From the NCBI GenBank assembly GCA_051942205.1, contig JAVECO010000003.1, positions 62,001 through 126,000 on the forward strand: a DNA stretch of 64,000 nucleotides, read 5' to 3'. The stretch comes from Coniocarpon cinnabarinum. Its lineage: Eukaryota. The notes below the pieces were generated by a model. The model was not told the origin of the DNA, searched no databases, and saw only the letters and a list, made by a program, of their open reading frames with translations. The position numbers and the translations under genes are program-made. This document shows positions 1-12,945 of this stretch, piece by piece (the stretch's first letter is position 1; each line of letters opens with the position of its first letter).

Positions 1-818
1 GGCTGGCGCGTCGAAGCAGTGGCGGGCGGCGAGAGTATGCCCCGCATTGAAGAGGCGAGTAAGTCCTTCCTGGAAGGCGACGGAGGGTAAGTGGATGACA
101 AACTGTCATTGCAACAGATACCAGAAGGGGTTACTCAGAGGTTAAATGGATGGTTTTGCAGGCGAGTTGTAATTTCGCGAACCCACGAAAGCTGACCCTA
201 TGAGAGAGCTACACGGCTGACTCTCAACTTCACAGGGCCAGTCTGAAAGATACAGAGGCGGAGCTTTTGGAAGCTCTTGTGCCGGCTACATCTTCGACGG
301 ACATCTGCTATCAATACAGGCTTCCATTACCAAGTCATGGCCAGCCTCGGGGCAGTGAGGGCCTCGAGATGATGGGTATGGGGTGTTATGGTGAGAAGAC
401 TCGTACCACTGATGAACGAATTGGGGGCGTGAACCGTTCGCAAGCTCAGCCAAATATGTGGTCATGAGCAGCGTCGTGATGAAAATCACGCTGATATGCG
501 AGGTATCAACAGATAAAAAACCATCTGAGCAACGCCGACGAAGGGCGTATTGCAGTGACCATGTTATTGTATCTGAGAAGTTTCCGCAGTTGCGGAATGT
601 GATATCACGTGGCAACGTCTGCCAAGCCTTACATCATTCCATTACCAATCTCGAATTACAAACATTGTGATTTGTTCTTCCATTCTGCAAACACATTGAA
701 TCGTCTCGCGCTCCATGCCAACAACCTAGAGACGTGAACAATTTCGAACTCACCCAGTTCTTTTCCCCACGCTCTCACTCCTGACAAGTCCCTGCAATTC
801 ATAAAGCGAAGTCCTAAT

Positions 819-1658
819 ATGAGCCTGCGGGCCTCCGGCCGTTTCATTGCATTAGCAAAACCACCGCCAACGACACATCTGTGGTCAGCGCCACGATCAA
901 GCATTTGTCAAGCATGTCTCCGAAGACTCCGATATGAACGTCGGATTGTCCATCCTGGTCGACGACTTCTTGCCACCGCCGCCGCCGAGCGACCTCAGAC
1001 ACTTCACCCGGAACCACCGCCCCGCAATGCGCCCGTGCCTGATACGTCTATCACCCAGGGCAGCACATCCTTTGATACACGAGGTCAAGAGGGGCGACCT
1101 GTCACAGATACCGAGATATCCCAGCGCAATGTTGTTGGTCCCGTTAGCCAAAGAGAAGGCGAAGCGCAACAGCCGCAACCCACGGACCCGTCCTCTACAG
1201 GCGCAAAAGGCAGCATCGCATCGGAAACAGGTGCCTCCACACAGCAAAAGCCCGCGCGGAAGACCAAATTACGACCTCGCAAAGCAGCCCTGTCTATAAG
1301 TGGGACTGCGGTCACGCACCTGAAAGAACTACTAGAGCAGCCCGATCCCAAGATGATTCGTGTGGGCGTCAAGAACCGAGGCTGTTCAGGTCTAGCGTAT
1401 CACTTGGAATACGTCGACAAAGCGGGCATGTTCGATGAGGCTGTAGAACAGGATGGCGTCAAAGTTCTGATTGATAGCAAGGCTTTGTTCAGCATCATTG
1501 GGAGTGAGATGGATTGGTTGGAAGACAAGCTTAGTGCGCGATTTGTGTTTCGCAATCCGAACATCAGTGAGTTGCATGGAGATTTGTTGTGATTCACTGA
1601 GGCTGACTTTGAACTAGCGGAACAATGCGGCTGTGGCGAATCTTTTAGTATTAGCTAG
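819..1658 (+). CDS. ISA1: Mitochondrial iron-sulfur cluster assembly protein (IscA/HesB family)
   Basis: Arg/Ser-rich presequence and RVGVKNRGCSGLAY motif. Removing intron 1567-1617 (GTGAGT..GCTGAC..TAG) restores the C-terminal NPNITEQCGCGESF motif. Stop at 1656-1658. Confidence 0.95.
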
Positions 1659-2605
1659 TGCCTGCCATCCGTCTCAGAACTCTGCCGGTGTAAAATCGTT
1701 GATTTGCAAGGTCTTTATCAGCGGCTTGAAACTGTCGACAAATTGCAGATGCGAAGGATCCTTGAAGCAGTAGTGGTCACGATCCTCGGAACTCTCGAAT
1801 TCAAGCACAAAAGTATGAGTAGTGTCGCGCTACGCGATATCAATCAATTTGCAGACAGCCGTCGAGCGAAGGGGGGCATCATACCTGCATGCCTTCTGGA
1901 CTGTTATCCTTGCCGCCACGGGCAGACTTGATATACGGCTTGTTAGACGAGGGATGGATGCATTTCTGGCCTAGCGAAATAAAGTTGTGACAGGTCTAGG
2001 TTATTCATGAGTACCGATCACCGCATGATGATAAAGCGAGACGAAAGACTGATAGATAGACATGATTCTTGCATAGCGGTGGGAAACATACATTTGTGAT
2101 TTGGTCTTGCGAGACCTCGGGCTTGAAGCCGACGGAGACGATGTGAACTACGGTCATTTCGTTTCGGACTTGGATGTACTTTTTCGTCCTTTGTTCCTTG
2201 ATACAGTGGACGAGCTTGCGTGATGTGCCAGTGCTCAGGTTATTTCATGACAGGTTTCTGCAAGCGACACGAGACTGACTAAGATGACGTCTATCCGCCG
2301 TCTCTGATGGAGCACACTCGCTCTCTAGCGCCTGTAGATCTCCATCGCAGGAACGACTTGCTTCGTTGTGATGGCCTGCATGTACAGTAGCAACGTGGGT
2401 AATGATTGAACAAAACGAAGAGCGAGAGCTTCGATGCAACACTGGCACTGGGGTATATACTCGCTACATCTCAAGCGCAACGACGTGCGCCCTGTGCTAC
2501 AATTTACCGTCGTATTTGTACATGTTTGTCCGATTGACACATCGACCCTTAGCATTGGCTCCGTTCAGTGCCTCGCACGATCTCGCAAGCTTGCTGGTGG
2601 ACATG

Positions 2606-4193
2606 CTAGCCCTCGTGCATCTTCTCAGACAGCCGTCGCATCTCAACATTGGTTTTCATATCCTGCAAAGAGCTCTCGTACGGCTTCAGGATATCCTCTT
2701 TCACAGCCCGTAGCATGTGGTCCAACATCTTCTTGACATCAGCGTACTTGTCCAAAGCTTTCCGATACACCTTCTCGTCCCCGTTCATTTCTGCAGCGTT
2801 CAAGGGTTCGGGGAGGTAGCCGCGAAAGGGCTCAATAAGGGGGCGGAGTTCATGCGCGTGGAGAAAACGGCCTGTATTGCTTGGCGTGCCTGACACGCTC
2901 ATGACCGCTTGAGGCGGTGGAGGCAGTAGAGGCGTCGGCGCGATGGAAGAGTTGGGTGTCTGAAATGGCGTGGCGAGCTGCGTTTCCTGAACTGTAGGGA
3001 GAATGCTGGTAGACAGGGAGCGCTGGGTCGCCAACGTGGGTGAAGGTGCGGCGCTTCTAGCCTGAGTGGCTGTCGACCGCCTCCGACGCTTGGCTGCAAT
3101 AGGAGCCTCGTCGGAGCCGCTGTCATCTCCAGCGACAACTCCTGTGTCCTTCGTCACGGGCTGTGTAGAGGCTTTTGGTGTCGTGTTGGGCCCACGGGCC
3201 GATGCACGGTTCTTCCTGTTCGACTTGGTCACGGCTGCAGCTTTCCGTAGAAACGGAGCATAGTACCCGTCGTAATTGTATGTGTCGGGTCCACAATTGC
3301 GCCGGGGTCGATTAGCTGCGGTGCTAGGCGTGTCTGGTTGATCGTCTAGGTCTGGATCTTCATACGAGGAGCCGCTCTTCGCTGGTACGCCCTTCTTTCT
3401 ATTCATTTGAGCCTGATTGAAGAGCCCTTTGTATTGATCGTACGTTAGGTTAAAGTCGTCATCAAAGCACTTCGTCCCGTCTTTCAACCAATCTAACTCG
3501 ATCTCTACATCCAAAGCGGAGAAGAAGGGGATGTCGGGATCAGGACGCACTTGTGTTGATATGCCCAGCTTTGCGAATTGGGTAGCCAAGTATCCACAAA
3601 GAACGTAATCCCCGTTCAGGACAAGAACATAGAGTTTGCCGTCAACTCTGACAAGCGCCGGGTTTTCGAAGTGGCCCTCCTTCTTATCCACACTGCCTGA
3701 AGACTCGAAGCGCGGAAGCTTTTCAAATGAGGTGTTCGTGTATCTGTGAGCGTGGTGAGGCCAGATGAATTTGTAGAAGATGGAGGCGAAGGATACGCAG
3801 AGGTCGTCGAGGACGTTGACGGAGTCCTTAGGGTCTTGAGCGATTTGGGAAGGGACGATGGATCTGAACTGTTGAATGTTCGAGCAGACTACCTGCCCGT
3901 CCTTGGGTGTTGATAGGTCGTCACATTCGCTTCGGGGAGCCAGTTGCTTGACGCTGATCATTGTGACACGGACATGCCTGATTTGCTGATACAGGCAAAG
4001 CCTTAGCGAATGCTGAAAACGGCAACGATGGAAGAGTGAGATGAAGACTTACCGGGCTTACCGAACCAGGCTTGGAATAGCGAGTGAGAGGATTGGCTAC
4101 TGCCTTTTTGTGTCCATTCCAGTTGATGGTGCTGGAATGTATTTCTACAGCGGGAGGCGGTTTGCCCTTCTTTGAGGGACTGACAATGGCCAT
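2606..4193 (-). CDS. Hypothetical protein, Pro/Ser/Thr-rich middle and helical C-terminus
   Basis: A short upstream exon (from 4193) joins the 451-aa ORF in frame via an intron: donor at 4052 or 4061, GCTAAG branch, acceptor at 3986. No family recognised. Confidence 0.6.
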
Positions 4194-5528
4194 AGCGTAG
4201 CTGATACTAGTCTGCTACAGTCTTCCACTGTAGCTTACAGTGTTGTGGGAAGATGGATTTCGCAAGCGCTTTGTAGAGGGAGTTGGGAGCAGAAGAGGAT
4301 GTGGTAAAGAGCGGTCAAGGAGCTTTTAGGCCCCCGCATCCCAACCAGCAACCACAAACAATCCGTTGCACATGTCAACGACAAAATTTAGTAAGATGTG
4401 AAGACTCGACCAGCTGTCTGGTGGCGCTTGACACCTTTCACCTGGCCTCCTTCAAGGTTGGAGTACTCCAGATACGGGAGCTCCACGAGCGCAGCATCAC
4501 CGCTTTCTGCCTCTCCATCTTGGCTGGACCTTGACCATTGATGGCATGTATGAGCACAAAATGGCCCTATTACCTGGAAAGAAAAAAAAAAATAAACGCT
4601 TGAGTTTTGATTCTTCACTGCGTGTATCGATTCTGGAATCGAGCGGGATTTAGAGCAATACATAGGCAAAGCATCTCTGATCACATGAGCGTCAAATGCA
4701 GGACAGAATCTCGCTCATCCTGTTGCGCCACTCCGCTCGTATCAGGGGAAACGGGTGAAGTTGCGTGGAAGTCGATGGTCGATTTTTTGCCACGACTCGG
4801 CAGTGAGGAATTGATTGGAATTCGGAAGATGGATGATCCGGTGATGCTGCTTCTCGAGGCACCAAGTGGCTGGATCCCATTTTCAACGCCGGTATCTCAT
4901 GAGACGCCATTGGCTCAGACAAGGGTTTCTCAAAGCTCGAGGGCCCAAGACGGTAAACTTGACTGCGACCGTTGGTTGTAATCGCTTCTGCAATGACGAC
5001 CTTTTTGATGTCATGCAACCGCCGCTGCCTTTCCTCGACTCACGACTAAGCATGTCCGCCCCTCCTGCTCAACGGCTGGCTTCGAAAAATCCAAAACTGT
5101 AGCCCGACTGCCTCGTCTTCCACTAGCGATATCATTCTAGAACTCTTTGTGGCAAACCATTTGCGAGGCTTGATGTACGAATAAGTGACGATGCTGTAGC
5201 TAGCCAACCCCGGTTAATATAATCCACCGTTCCACAGTGGAGTCTCTCGAAGCCGACCGTGATTTTGATGGAGACATCAAAGATTGCAGCATGTTCACGA
5301 TGCGTGCGGATACGCCCTCCCGGTCTGTGGCCGATTGCGAACATGAAAAGTGGTGGGAAGGATGCATATCGCCGTTGCACGAAAGCTTTGCCCCCTCGCA
5401 CATGCGAGGACGTCGGCACCCGCTGACCTGGTCGAGGTTCTGTTGGACAACATATAAGATCTCGTGAGTATTCAACAAGGACATGTCAGCATTGTCCGCC
5501 TCAACTTGCAGACAGTGTCGTTGGAACT

Positions 5529-7164
5529 ATGGACTACTATTTCTGCCTGCAAATCTCAAGCTTTCTCGTGAGAAGCAATAGCATCTCGTACTTGTTCATG
5601 TCGTTTCACAAAGCTGACGTATCCAGATTTTGACATTCTTTTCATTGTTCGTCTGTTATCGCTGGTTCCTTGATGGCTTACACAAGTATCCCGGACCACG
5701 GCTTTGGGCCGTAACGCAATTTCCCTGGTTTTATATCAACCTCTCAGGCAGGATAAATCCCAGACTCGACGAGCTTCACAAGAAGCATGGGTCAGTCGTG
5801 CGCATTGGACCCAATGAGCTGTCCTACGCCGCTACCGATCTTCAGACGTGGAAAACTATCACAGCACGGAAGCCGAAAGAAATGCTGAAAAACCTGGGTG
5901 GTTCTGGTATCGCCCCTTCGCCAGCTGGCAGGCCAGGGATCCTTGAAGCTGACACACGCGATCACGCTCGTATGCGCAAATCAATCTCACCAGCCTTTGC
6001 AGAGAGAGCGCTTCGCGGTCAGGAGCAGTATATAAATGTCCATGTCAACCGGTTCATGTCTATCGTAAGCGAGCAAGCAACCAGTAACTCAGCGATTGAT
6101 ATTGCAAAGCTATTCAACCTCACCACATTTGATGTGATTGGCGACTTGTCCTTCGGCGAGTCGTTTGGGGGCCTTGAAAAGCGCGATTACCATCCTTGGG
6201 TCGGGACCATCTTGAATTCTCTTAAACGAATACCCTACATTCAGTTGCTGGTCTACTATGGCGTCTTGCGCAACGTCGCGAAATACCAGTCCATGCTGAT
6301 ACCGAAGAAGCTAGATCAGGAGCACTGGACTTACTGGAATACTGTGAAAGACAAGGTGAATGCCCGCCTGGATCGCAAAACTGACCGAAGTGACTTCATG
6401 GGCTTCATTCTAGCAGATTCTGAGAGTAATCGTGCCTTGGACCAGGCAGAACTGTATTTAATGGCAAGCACATTGACTATCGGTGGAAGCGAGTCAGCAG
6501 CCACTCACCTGTCAAGCGTGGTGTTTTACTTACTTCAGAACCCTGAAGCAATGAAGAGAGCGCGCAAGGAGGTCAGAGCTTCGTTCGCGAGCGAACGGGA
6601 CATCAACATTCAATCTTCTGGTCAAGGACTGCAATATCTTAGATGCGTCTCACAAGAGTGCTTCCGCATCCATCCACCAGCTCCGTCAACATTCCCTCGT
6701 GTTGTACCAGATTCGGGTGAAACAATCGATGGGCAATGGGTACCGGGTGGAGTAAGTGAATCTGAACTACTAAAGTCCTCACATCATGCAGCTTTTGCAT
6801 GCATGCTGACTCAAAACAGACTGTCGTGGGCATCAACCACTGGTCGACCTATCATTTTCCCGATAACTTTCACAATGCACACAAATTTGTACCAGAGCGC
6901 TGGCTGCCAATCGAACAGCGCCCCAAAGAATACCATGATGACCACCTCGAAGTCGTGCAGCCATTCTCTTACGGCAATCGAAACTGTGTGGGGCTGCGCT
7001 TAGCGGAAGCAGAAATTCGTCTAATTCTGTGCCGGCTGTTCTTTTCGTTTGATTTAGAAGCTGCTGGGAACATTACGGACTGGCCTGATCAGCGCGCTTG
7101 GCTGGCATGGGAGAGAAAGCCCTTGAATGTGCTGGTGAAGAGGCGGGAGGTATCGAAGGCCTGA
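5529..7164 (+). CDS. Cytochrome P450 monooxygenase (secondary-metabolism type, CYP65/Tri11-like)
   Basis: Exons 5529-5567, 5627-6751, 6820-7164. Motifs YPGP, VRIGPNELS, I-helix GGSES, ExxR (ECFR), PERW and heme motif PFSYGNRNCVG. Confidence 0.93.
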
Positions 7165-7227
7165 AGGCCCGTAGACACGACATGACGGTCAAAATATAAT
7201 ATCTTAATGCAAATGCGAGGGGGTTTT

Positions 7228-8253
7228 CTATTCGAATCCGGCCTCTTGAAGTGCTGATAACATGCGATCTCGGTGCTGCTCTAGATTTTTATACGCTGTA
7301 ACTGAATTGTACAGCTTTTCTGCACCAGGTCGCTGCCGAAATGTTGAGTCTTTGAATAAAGCAAAGAGCGTGTATGTGTATGCAAATACACTCGCGTCCA
7401 GCCATCCCGGCCTAACTCCGGGAGCAGTCGTTTCGGAGCCATATCCAAACCACCGCTTTTGTCCCAGTATGGTACTCAATGCTGCAAATGCTTCAGCCGC
7501 CTCTTCATAGACAGCTTGTTCGTGATCGCATTGATTTCCGCCTCTGCACCAAACTTCTAATTCTTGCAGAACATTCGTCGTAGGCATCTCGTTGCTCGCA
7601 TCGCCCACCTCTATCGCCGCCGCATGTCTTAATGGCGGCACCAGCGCACCTCTGACGACCCGACTTCGACTCGCACTTTCCACATACATTGGTGCACATA
7701 TACCTGCGAATGTTTCATCGTCCAGATACAAGGCCACGAGGTACGCCTGCCGTATAGGTGTTAGTAGCGCCAGATGTGTTGGATTCGCGTCCAAGTAGAT
7801 TTCGTGAACAGCATCTTGTTCACGAAGGAAAGACTTCAGCGTTGAGGCTGAAATCGTTGTCGTCGTGGTGTTTGCCTCTCCATGGCGTGATGTGACGAGG
7901 AAGGGTAGCGCACCACTTGGAGAGGCATGATTGTTTGAGGTCGCGGTTTCGAAAGGGATACCAGCAAGGACAAGAAGGGCTTGGTAGCGGAGACAAGTCG
8001 GATGCAGGCTCAGCCGGCCGGCGGAACCAAAGACATAAAGTATGTTCGTGCGCTTCAGGCGAGTATGAGTAGCGTCTGCACCCAGTGGAAGAGTATTAGC
8101 GGGATACGTGTGGAGAGGGAAGTGGTCGAAGAGGCGTCTGAGCGGTGCGGGTGTCTGCAGGAGGCTGCCAATGGAGTCGCGGTATGTGCTAGGCTGGCTG
8201 TTGGATGGGGAGGGAGAAGAAGAAGGAGGAGGAGAAGTGTTCTTGGAGGGCAT
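7228..8253 (-). CDS. SAM35: Mitochondrial outer membrane SAM complex subunit, Sam35/metaxin-like
   Basis: Intronless 341-aa ORF with PLRRLFDHFPL, SNNHASPSGALPFL and a GST-C-like AFAALSTILG...WLDASVFAY segment. Confidence 0.8.
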   Translation of the reverse strand: MPSKNTSPPPSSSPSPSNSQPSTYRDSIGSLLQTPAPLRRLFDHFPLHTYPANTLPLGADATHTRLKRTNILYVFGSAGRLSLHPTCLRYQALLVLAGIPFETATSNNHASPSGALPFLVTSRHGEANTTTTTISASTLKSFLREQDAVHEIYLDANPTHLALLTPIRQAYLVALYLDDETFAGICAPMYVESASRSRVVRGALVPPLRHAAAIEVGDASNEMPTTNVLQELEVWCRGGNQCDHEQAVYEEAAEAFAALSTILGQKRWFGYGSETTAPGVRPGWLDASVFAYTYTLFALFKDSTFRQRPGAEKLYNSVTAYKNLEQHRDRMLSALQEAGFE

Positions 8254-8987
8254 CTCCCATGCTGGACGTTGCTTGGCTAGACACCTCAGTAATGCAGTTG
8301 CGCAGATTACCTACTAGCAACCTAAACTGGAATGAAATATTGTGTCCGGTATCTCCGACTTGCCGCTGCATGCATGTATACCTGAATTTTAGGGACAAAA
8401 TGATATTCATTTGCGAGCAAATTAGTAGGTGAAAACCTGGCCAGCCTTGCTCCTTGATTTCTTCTCCCCTGCACGCGGCTCCCACGCGACATGCTCGGAT
8501 CTGATCAGTGACGCCATTTGCATCGAAGACATGCGATTGGTGCTTGTCAAGCTTCAGTCTTGCGTTCGGGGAGGGATGAGCTTTTCAGCAATCCAATAAC
8601 GTATCACGGGTACTGTCTTGTAGTTTTTTTAATCTTAAATCCAGCACGAAGGCAATGATATCACTTCAACACCAAGAGGGTTTAATTTCATGTCGCTAGG
8701 TACAGCAGCCTCGTGTTTGGGGCGGGACATTACGTATCCGGCTACAGGCCACTCATAGGAGTAATGGTGCTGACCTGGAAAGGAGGCTTACATCTCAGGA
8801 CCAAAAAAATCTTCATAAGAAGCACTTCAGGTGAGGGTTCGCAGAAGAGTCCACAGCCTGTAAACATTTGAGCTACGAGTACCTGCACCTCCTCAAAAAA
8901 AACCCCATTCCGAACCTCGCTATTCGTATTGCCCGGGATAGTAGATTCCTTCTCAGTCAGCGGTGACCGCACACAACCATCCAGACA

Positions 8988-9779
8988 ATGCCCGTACAAT
9001 CTTCTCCAACACCACACTCCGTTGTGTACGTTGAAAACAGGCAGACGATATACTCAACCTACCCAAACCACGGCGTTGTCACTGCTACGAACTTAAAAAC
9101 ATCCCAACAATGCATCCTCTGTCCGCGAGGCATCATCCGCGAGCCAACATCCATATCTTACGCTACTGGCGTCACGAGGCCCCACTTAGATATCACTATT
9201 GAAGATATCCCTTATCTTACCAGTGACGACGTCGACTGTGACTCTCTATTCGTTTCCGACGAAGCAGGCTGTCGTATCTGGCAAATTGTTTTGGGCGACA
9301 GCGGCCACAGTGACACACCTAAACTCATCTATCAGGCTTACTGCTCTACAGAGCTAGACCTCACACTGAATTATTCACTGGACTACGCCCGTGAGGACAA
9401 AACTCTCGCGGGTCAGCTTGCAAGGTCTGACTGGCGAATGAGGTGTAAAAGTGTTGCCGTGGACAACGTGCGGAATGCCATGTATTGGGTGCAAGGCGGC
9501 TATCTCATGATGGCATTAGCTACTCTTGAGTATGATGATCGTCCAGATGACAGGGGCGACGTGTGGGTCGTCGAGGAGGACTTGGAATGGGTAACGCGCT
9601 TGACGATTGACAAACAGCAAAGATGGCTTTTGTTGCGAAATGAAGCAGGCGAAGAGGCCAGGCTTTTGCTTCGTGGTATACAGCTCGCCAACGACGAATG
9701 GTCAAGATCTTTGCTGTATGAAGACACTGGTGCAGCGACTGATGTTAATTACAATACGTCTGACGTCTGGCAGAGATGA
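8988..9779 (+). CDS. Hypothetical protein, possibly degenerate YWTD/NHL-type beta-propeller
   Basis: 263-aa ORF with blade-like segments (EPTSISY, SLFVSDEAG, KSVAVDNVRNAMYWVQ, TRLTIDKQQRWLL). Confidence 0.55.
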   Translation: MPVQSSPTPHSVVYVENRQTIYSTYPNHGVVTATNLKTSQQCILCPRGIIREPTSISYATGVTRPHLDITIEDIPYLTSDDVDCDSLFVSDEAGCRIWQIVLGDSGHSDTPKLIYQAYCSTELDLTLNYSLDYAREDKTLAGQLARSDWRMRCKSVAVDNVRNAMYWVQGGYLMMALATLEYDDRPDDRGDVWVVEEDLEWVTRLTIDKQQRWLLLRNEAGEEARLLLRGIQLANDEWSRSLLYEDTGAATDVNYNTSDVWQR

Positions 9780-10473
9780 CTTTAGTGAGGCTGAGTTCGA
9801 GCTGCGAACAGACAGACAGGATCTTGGACCAGGCCAACCGCTATCAATTCCTGGCGATAGGCTTGAGATCGGCGAAGAAAGTCTTGACAGCTGAATGGGA
9901 GTCTTTCCATCCAAATCGATGCTCACGCGCACGTCGTAACGAGGTATCCCCGACCCAGGAGCATGTATTGCACTGGTCTATATACCAGTCGCTCGAAGCT
10001 AGTGATAATGCAGTCAAGCAATCTAAGGCTCCGGACCTCTCGGCTTGGTGTCGTCAGCTTCCGGCATTTTCATTGAACAGAATTTCTGCAGTCTCCTCAC
10101 TCGTGCTAAAGGCTTGTTAAAAGAACTTATTACCATTTTCGAACGGATTACCTTCACCACTGCTTTCTAAGAATGAAAAAAATCACCAGTCAGGTATTGC
10201 TAGGCAATGCAGATGAGAGCTGGCTCCACGCTCGATGAGTGTTACTCAGTACTTCTGCAGCAAAGTTCGCATGGGTCTAACATTACTAGACTTTCTTGTT
10301 CGTTTCAGTGCTCACAAAATTTTCTCCAACGGCATGAATACCTTGTGGTATCAGAAACAAGGCCACCACTGGCTATTCATGGTGAGATGTTCGGCAACGC
10401 ATTGACGTTTTCTCGGTATCGGTATCAAAGGGACAAAGAGCGTTATTGCAGGAGCGCCCGATACGATCCTCGC

Positions 10474-12945
10474 TCACAGCGCTAGTTCACGTGGTCCTAC
10501 CTCCCTTGCATGTCTAGGCCACACCCGCTTCCACAGCGTCATACCTACCGCGTCCATCGGCCCAATGTGGCCGTCGAACACAGCTTTGTAATATCCATGC
10601 GTGGCGAGACTTTCCTTGATTGTGCCTTGTCGACCTTTATTGGTCCACAACGGCAATGCCTTGAACCAAGCCACGTCCTCGGCGTTGAAGAACATGTAGC
10701 GGATGGTGACGAGCCGCTTGTGGATTTTGTAAGGCTGCCCGGTGAGCAATGCACGTTTGGCGATAATGCGGGCGGTGGAAGGTGGTAGAGTTGTTCCAGT
10801 GCCAACGAGTTGGAGGTTGGGTGACGCGTCTTGTTCTGTCTCCATTGTCGTGTCGTCACCTCGCAGTGATGTTGCTGGGTTGCGTTGGAAAACCAAAACG
10901 GGAACAGAGCCCCAGGTAATGGGAGCGATAAAGCTCGCAACGGCAGTTCGTCCTGGATGTAAGTATCGTTCGAATTTGTGGACATCATTAGGCGTGCTCC
11001 CAGCCTGGCTAAAAAGTGGGTTGACGAGGAACCTTCTCGCGCCAACTTGTATCACGAGTTCTTCCTTACTTTTGATAGATCGTGGCGCATCTGACTTGAG
11101 CGTTATGGACACATTTACGCATGTACGTTTGTGCTCATGGCGGAGCAGAGAAAAAAGCGGTAGTGGCATGGCCGGGTCGTGCGTCTGTTTCAAAGACATG
11201 GGTACATCCTTGATCCTAATCGTGACTCGAGCACCAGGCTTCACGCCACCGACGAGCGCTTCTCTTATCACTTTTGATTTGGTGCCTCTGTAATCGTGAA
11301 CGTCGAGCAATCTGTCCCAGTCTGAAGGCTGGTGTGGTCGATCTGCGCCTGTATTCCATTCGCTGGTCTTGGGGCTCTTCAAGCCCCTGTACTTCGCGAG
11401 CCTTTCTCGGGCGAGCACTTGAGGGTGCAGCTCGATTTCGTCAGGAAATTGTTGATCCTCTTGGGCAGCGTCTTTTCTGCGTTTGGTTCGATATTCAGCC
11501 AGCTCCTCTTCGTTCACCACGTCAACCATGTCTAGATCCTCGTTCGTCTCGGATTGAGGGCCTTCAAAGTCTGCGTCACCATGCGGCATCGTCGAGGAGC
11601 CAGGCAATGCGTCAAACGTCTCCAATGACGGATCAGGCGAGTCATTTGTTAACGCCTCCCACTCATCAAAGTCTTCCAGATCAGAACCAGAATCCGAGTC
11701 CTCACCCAGATACCAAGCCGACTGATATCTGGACGTTCCCTTTGGTATGCGCTTCGGGCGTTCTTCTCCATCCTCTGACTCACGTTCTGAATAATAATGT
11801 TGATCGTCTAATAGAACGCCTTTGCTTTCTGTTGATATCAAAGACGGTGTAGCATCTGCGTTCTTCATCACCACCTCCTCCGGTGCAAGGTCATCCAATT
11901 GATCTTGATCAGCAGATGGTTGGTTCATTTCGTCGCCTTGTTCCGTGCCATCAACGGCCATGGCATTGGCTTTCCCCAGGGCTTTTGATATGCGAGGTGC
12001 GGCAGATATCGTTGAGACCTGAAAGTCCCCCCAGTCTCCGACATGAACTAGTCTATCAGCTTTCAGATTTTGACCACGAACAACGCCAGTGAGCGTCACT
12101 TCTCCAGTCTCAGTTGAAACTATATTCGCATCTCCATGCCAGGAGACCTCTTCAGCATTCATCCAGCTCCGCGCGTCTCGCCAATTGATGCCTCTAGGTG
12201 TGGTCGTGCATAATGATCTGACAATGTTGAGACATTCCTGGCGGCTGTCGATCACGTGAAGTCTTTCGATGTCTGAGAAGAAGTGCTGCACGTAGCTTTT
12301 CAAAGAAGTATGTGTTTGCTGTCGGTGCTTTTGTGACGTAATTGTGTCCAGACCTCGAATTGCAAAGAAAACATTAGAGATGCCTTGGCTCTCCACGGTC
12401 CGTAATACAAACTCTCGAGTCTCGTCCACCTCCTCGTTCGCTGAGAGAACAAACAAGACGAAATCTGCAATTTTGCAGGCATCAGTCGCAGCGACAGTGT
12501 TGTCACCGAGAACGAGGTATTGCAAGCTCGATTTAAACCGGTCTACATGCGTCGTACACAACCCTTTTTGAAAGAGTTCATGCTCTATATCCAGCGAGTC
12601 ATTCAGGCTCCGGACGGATGCTTCTGCAGATACATCCTTGCTCAATGGCACTACTGCTACGATTCTCGGTGCTCGATACTTGCCTCTGAAAATATCGGTG
12701 AGGTTCTCATGCTGCTTGGTTTTCTGCAAGCGCATTTGCTTTGCATGATTTTTACGATCAAATTTCGACATCACGTGTTGATGAGGCGTTCGCCTGATGC
12801 CACGCTCAGATCTATCCACTCGCCCACGAGAACGGTCTCTCAAATCATTTTTGCTTGAAAATCGAGACTTGTACTGCTTTTGGGATGATTTTGTGGTTGG
12901 CTTGTGGTGATGTGGCTCTTGGTTGATGAGGCCAGGCATGGCCAC
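10474..12945 (-). CDS. TSR1: Ribosome biogenesis protein Tsr1 (40S maturation, Bms1-type inactive GTPase)
   Basis: 823-aa ORF: N-terminal HHHKPTTK, FPDEIELHP..ARERLAKYRGLKS, IRYMFFNAEDVAWFK, GTIKESLATHGY. Confidence 0.96.
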   Translation of the reverse strand: MAMPGLINQEPHHHKPTTKSSQKQYKSRFSSKNDLRDRSRGRVDRSERGIRRTPHQHVMSKFDRKNHAKQMRLQKTKQHENLTDIFRGKYRAPRIVAVVPLSKDVSAEASVRSLNDSLDIEHELFQKGLCTTHVDRFKSSLQYLVLGDNTVAATDACKIADFVLFVLSANEEVDETREFVLRTVESQGISNVFFAIRGLDTITSQKHRQQTHTSLKSYVQHFFSDIERLHVIDSRQECLNIVRSLCTTTPRGINWRDARSWMNAEEVSWHGDANIVSTETGEVTLTGVVRGQNLKADRLVHVGDWGDFQVSTISAAPRISKALGKANAMAVDGTEQGDEMNQPSADQDQLDDLAPEEVVMKNADATPSLISTESKGVLLDDQHYYSERESEDGEERPKRIPKGTSRYQSAWYLGEDSDSGSDLEDFDEWEALTNDSPDPSLETFDALPGSSTMPHGDADFEGPQSETNEDLDMVDVVNEEELAEYRTKRRKDAAQEDQQFPDEIELHPQVLARERLAKYRGLKSPKTSEWNTGADRPHQPSDWDRLLDVHDYRGTKSKVIREALVGGVKPGARVTIRIKDVPMSLKQTHDPAMPLPLFSLLRHEHKRTCVNVSITLKSDAPRSIKSKEELVIQVGARRFLVNPLFSQAGSTPNDVHKFERYLHPGRTAVASFIAPITWGSVPVLVFQRNPATSLRGDDTTMETEQDASPNLQLVGTGTTLPPSTARIIAKRALLTGQPYKIHKRLVTIRYMFFNAEDVAWFKALPLWTNKGRQGTIKESLATHGYYKAVFDGHIGPMDAVGMTLWKRVWPRHAREVGPRELAL

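Noticed and set aside
1..620. Possible 5' end of a minus-strand gene leaving the window
   Set aside because: Open frames reach the edge but are too short to identify.
2020..2105. ATGATGA...CTGA as a box C/D snoRNA
   Set aside because: The boxes are too close, there is no convincing terminal D box or stem, and I recognise no rRNA-complementary guide.
4600..5484. Short ORFs upstream of the P450, one with a faintly F-box-like start (MSLLNTHEILYVVQQNLDQ)
   Set aside because: No coherent exon chain or further motifs. It could be a decayed gene but this is unsupported.
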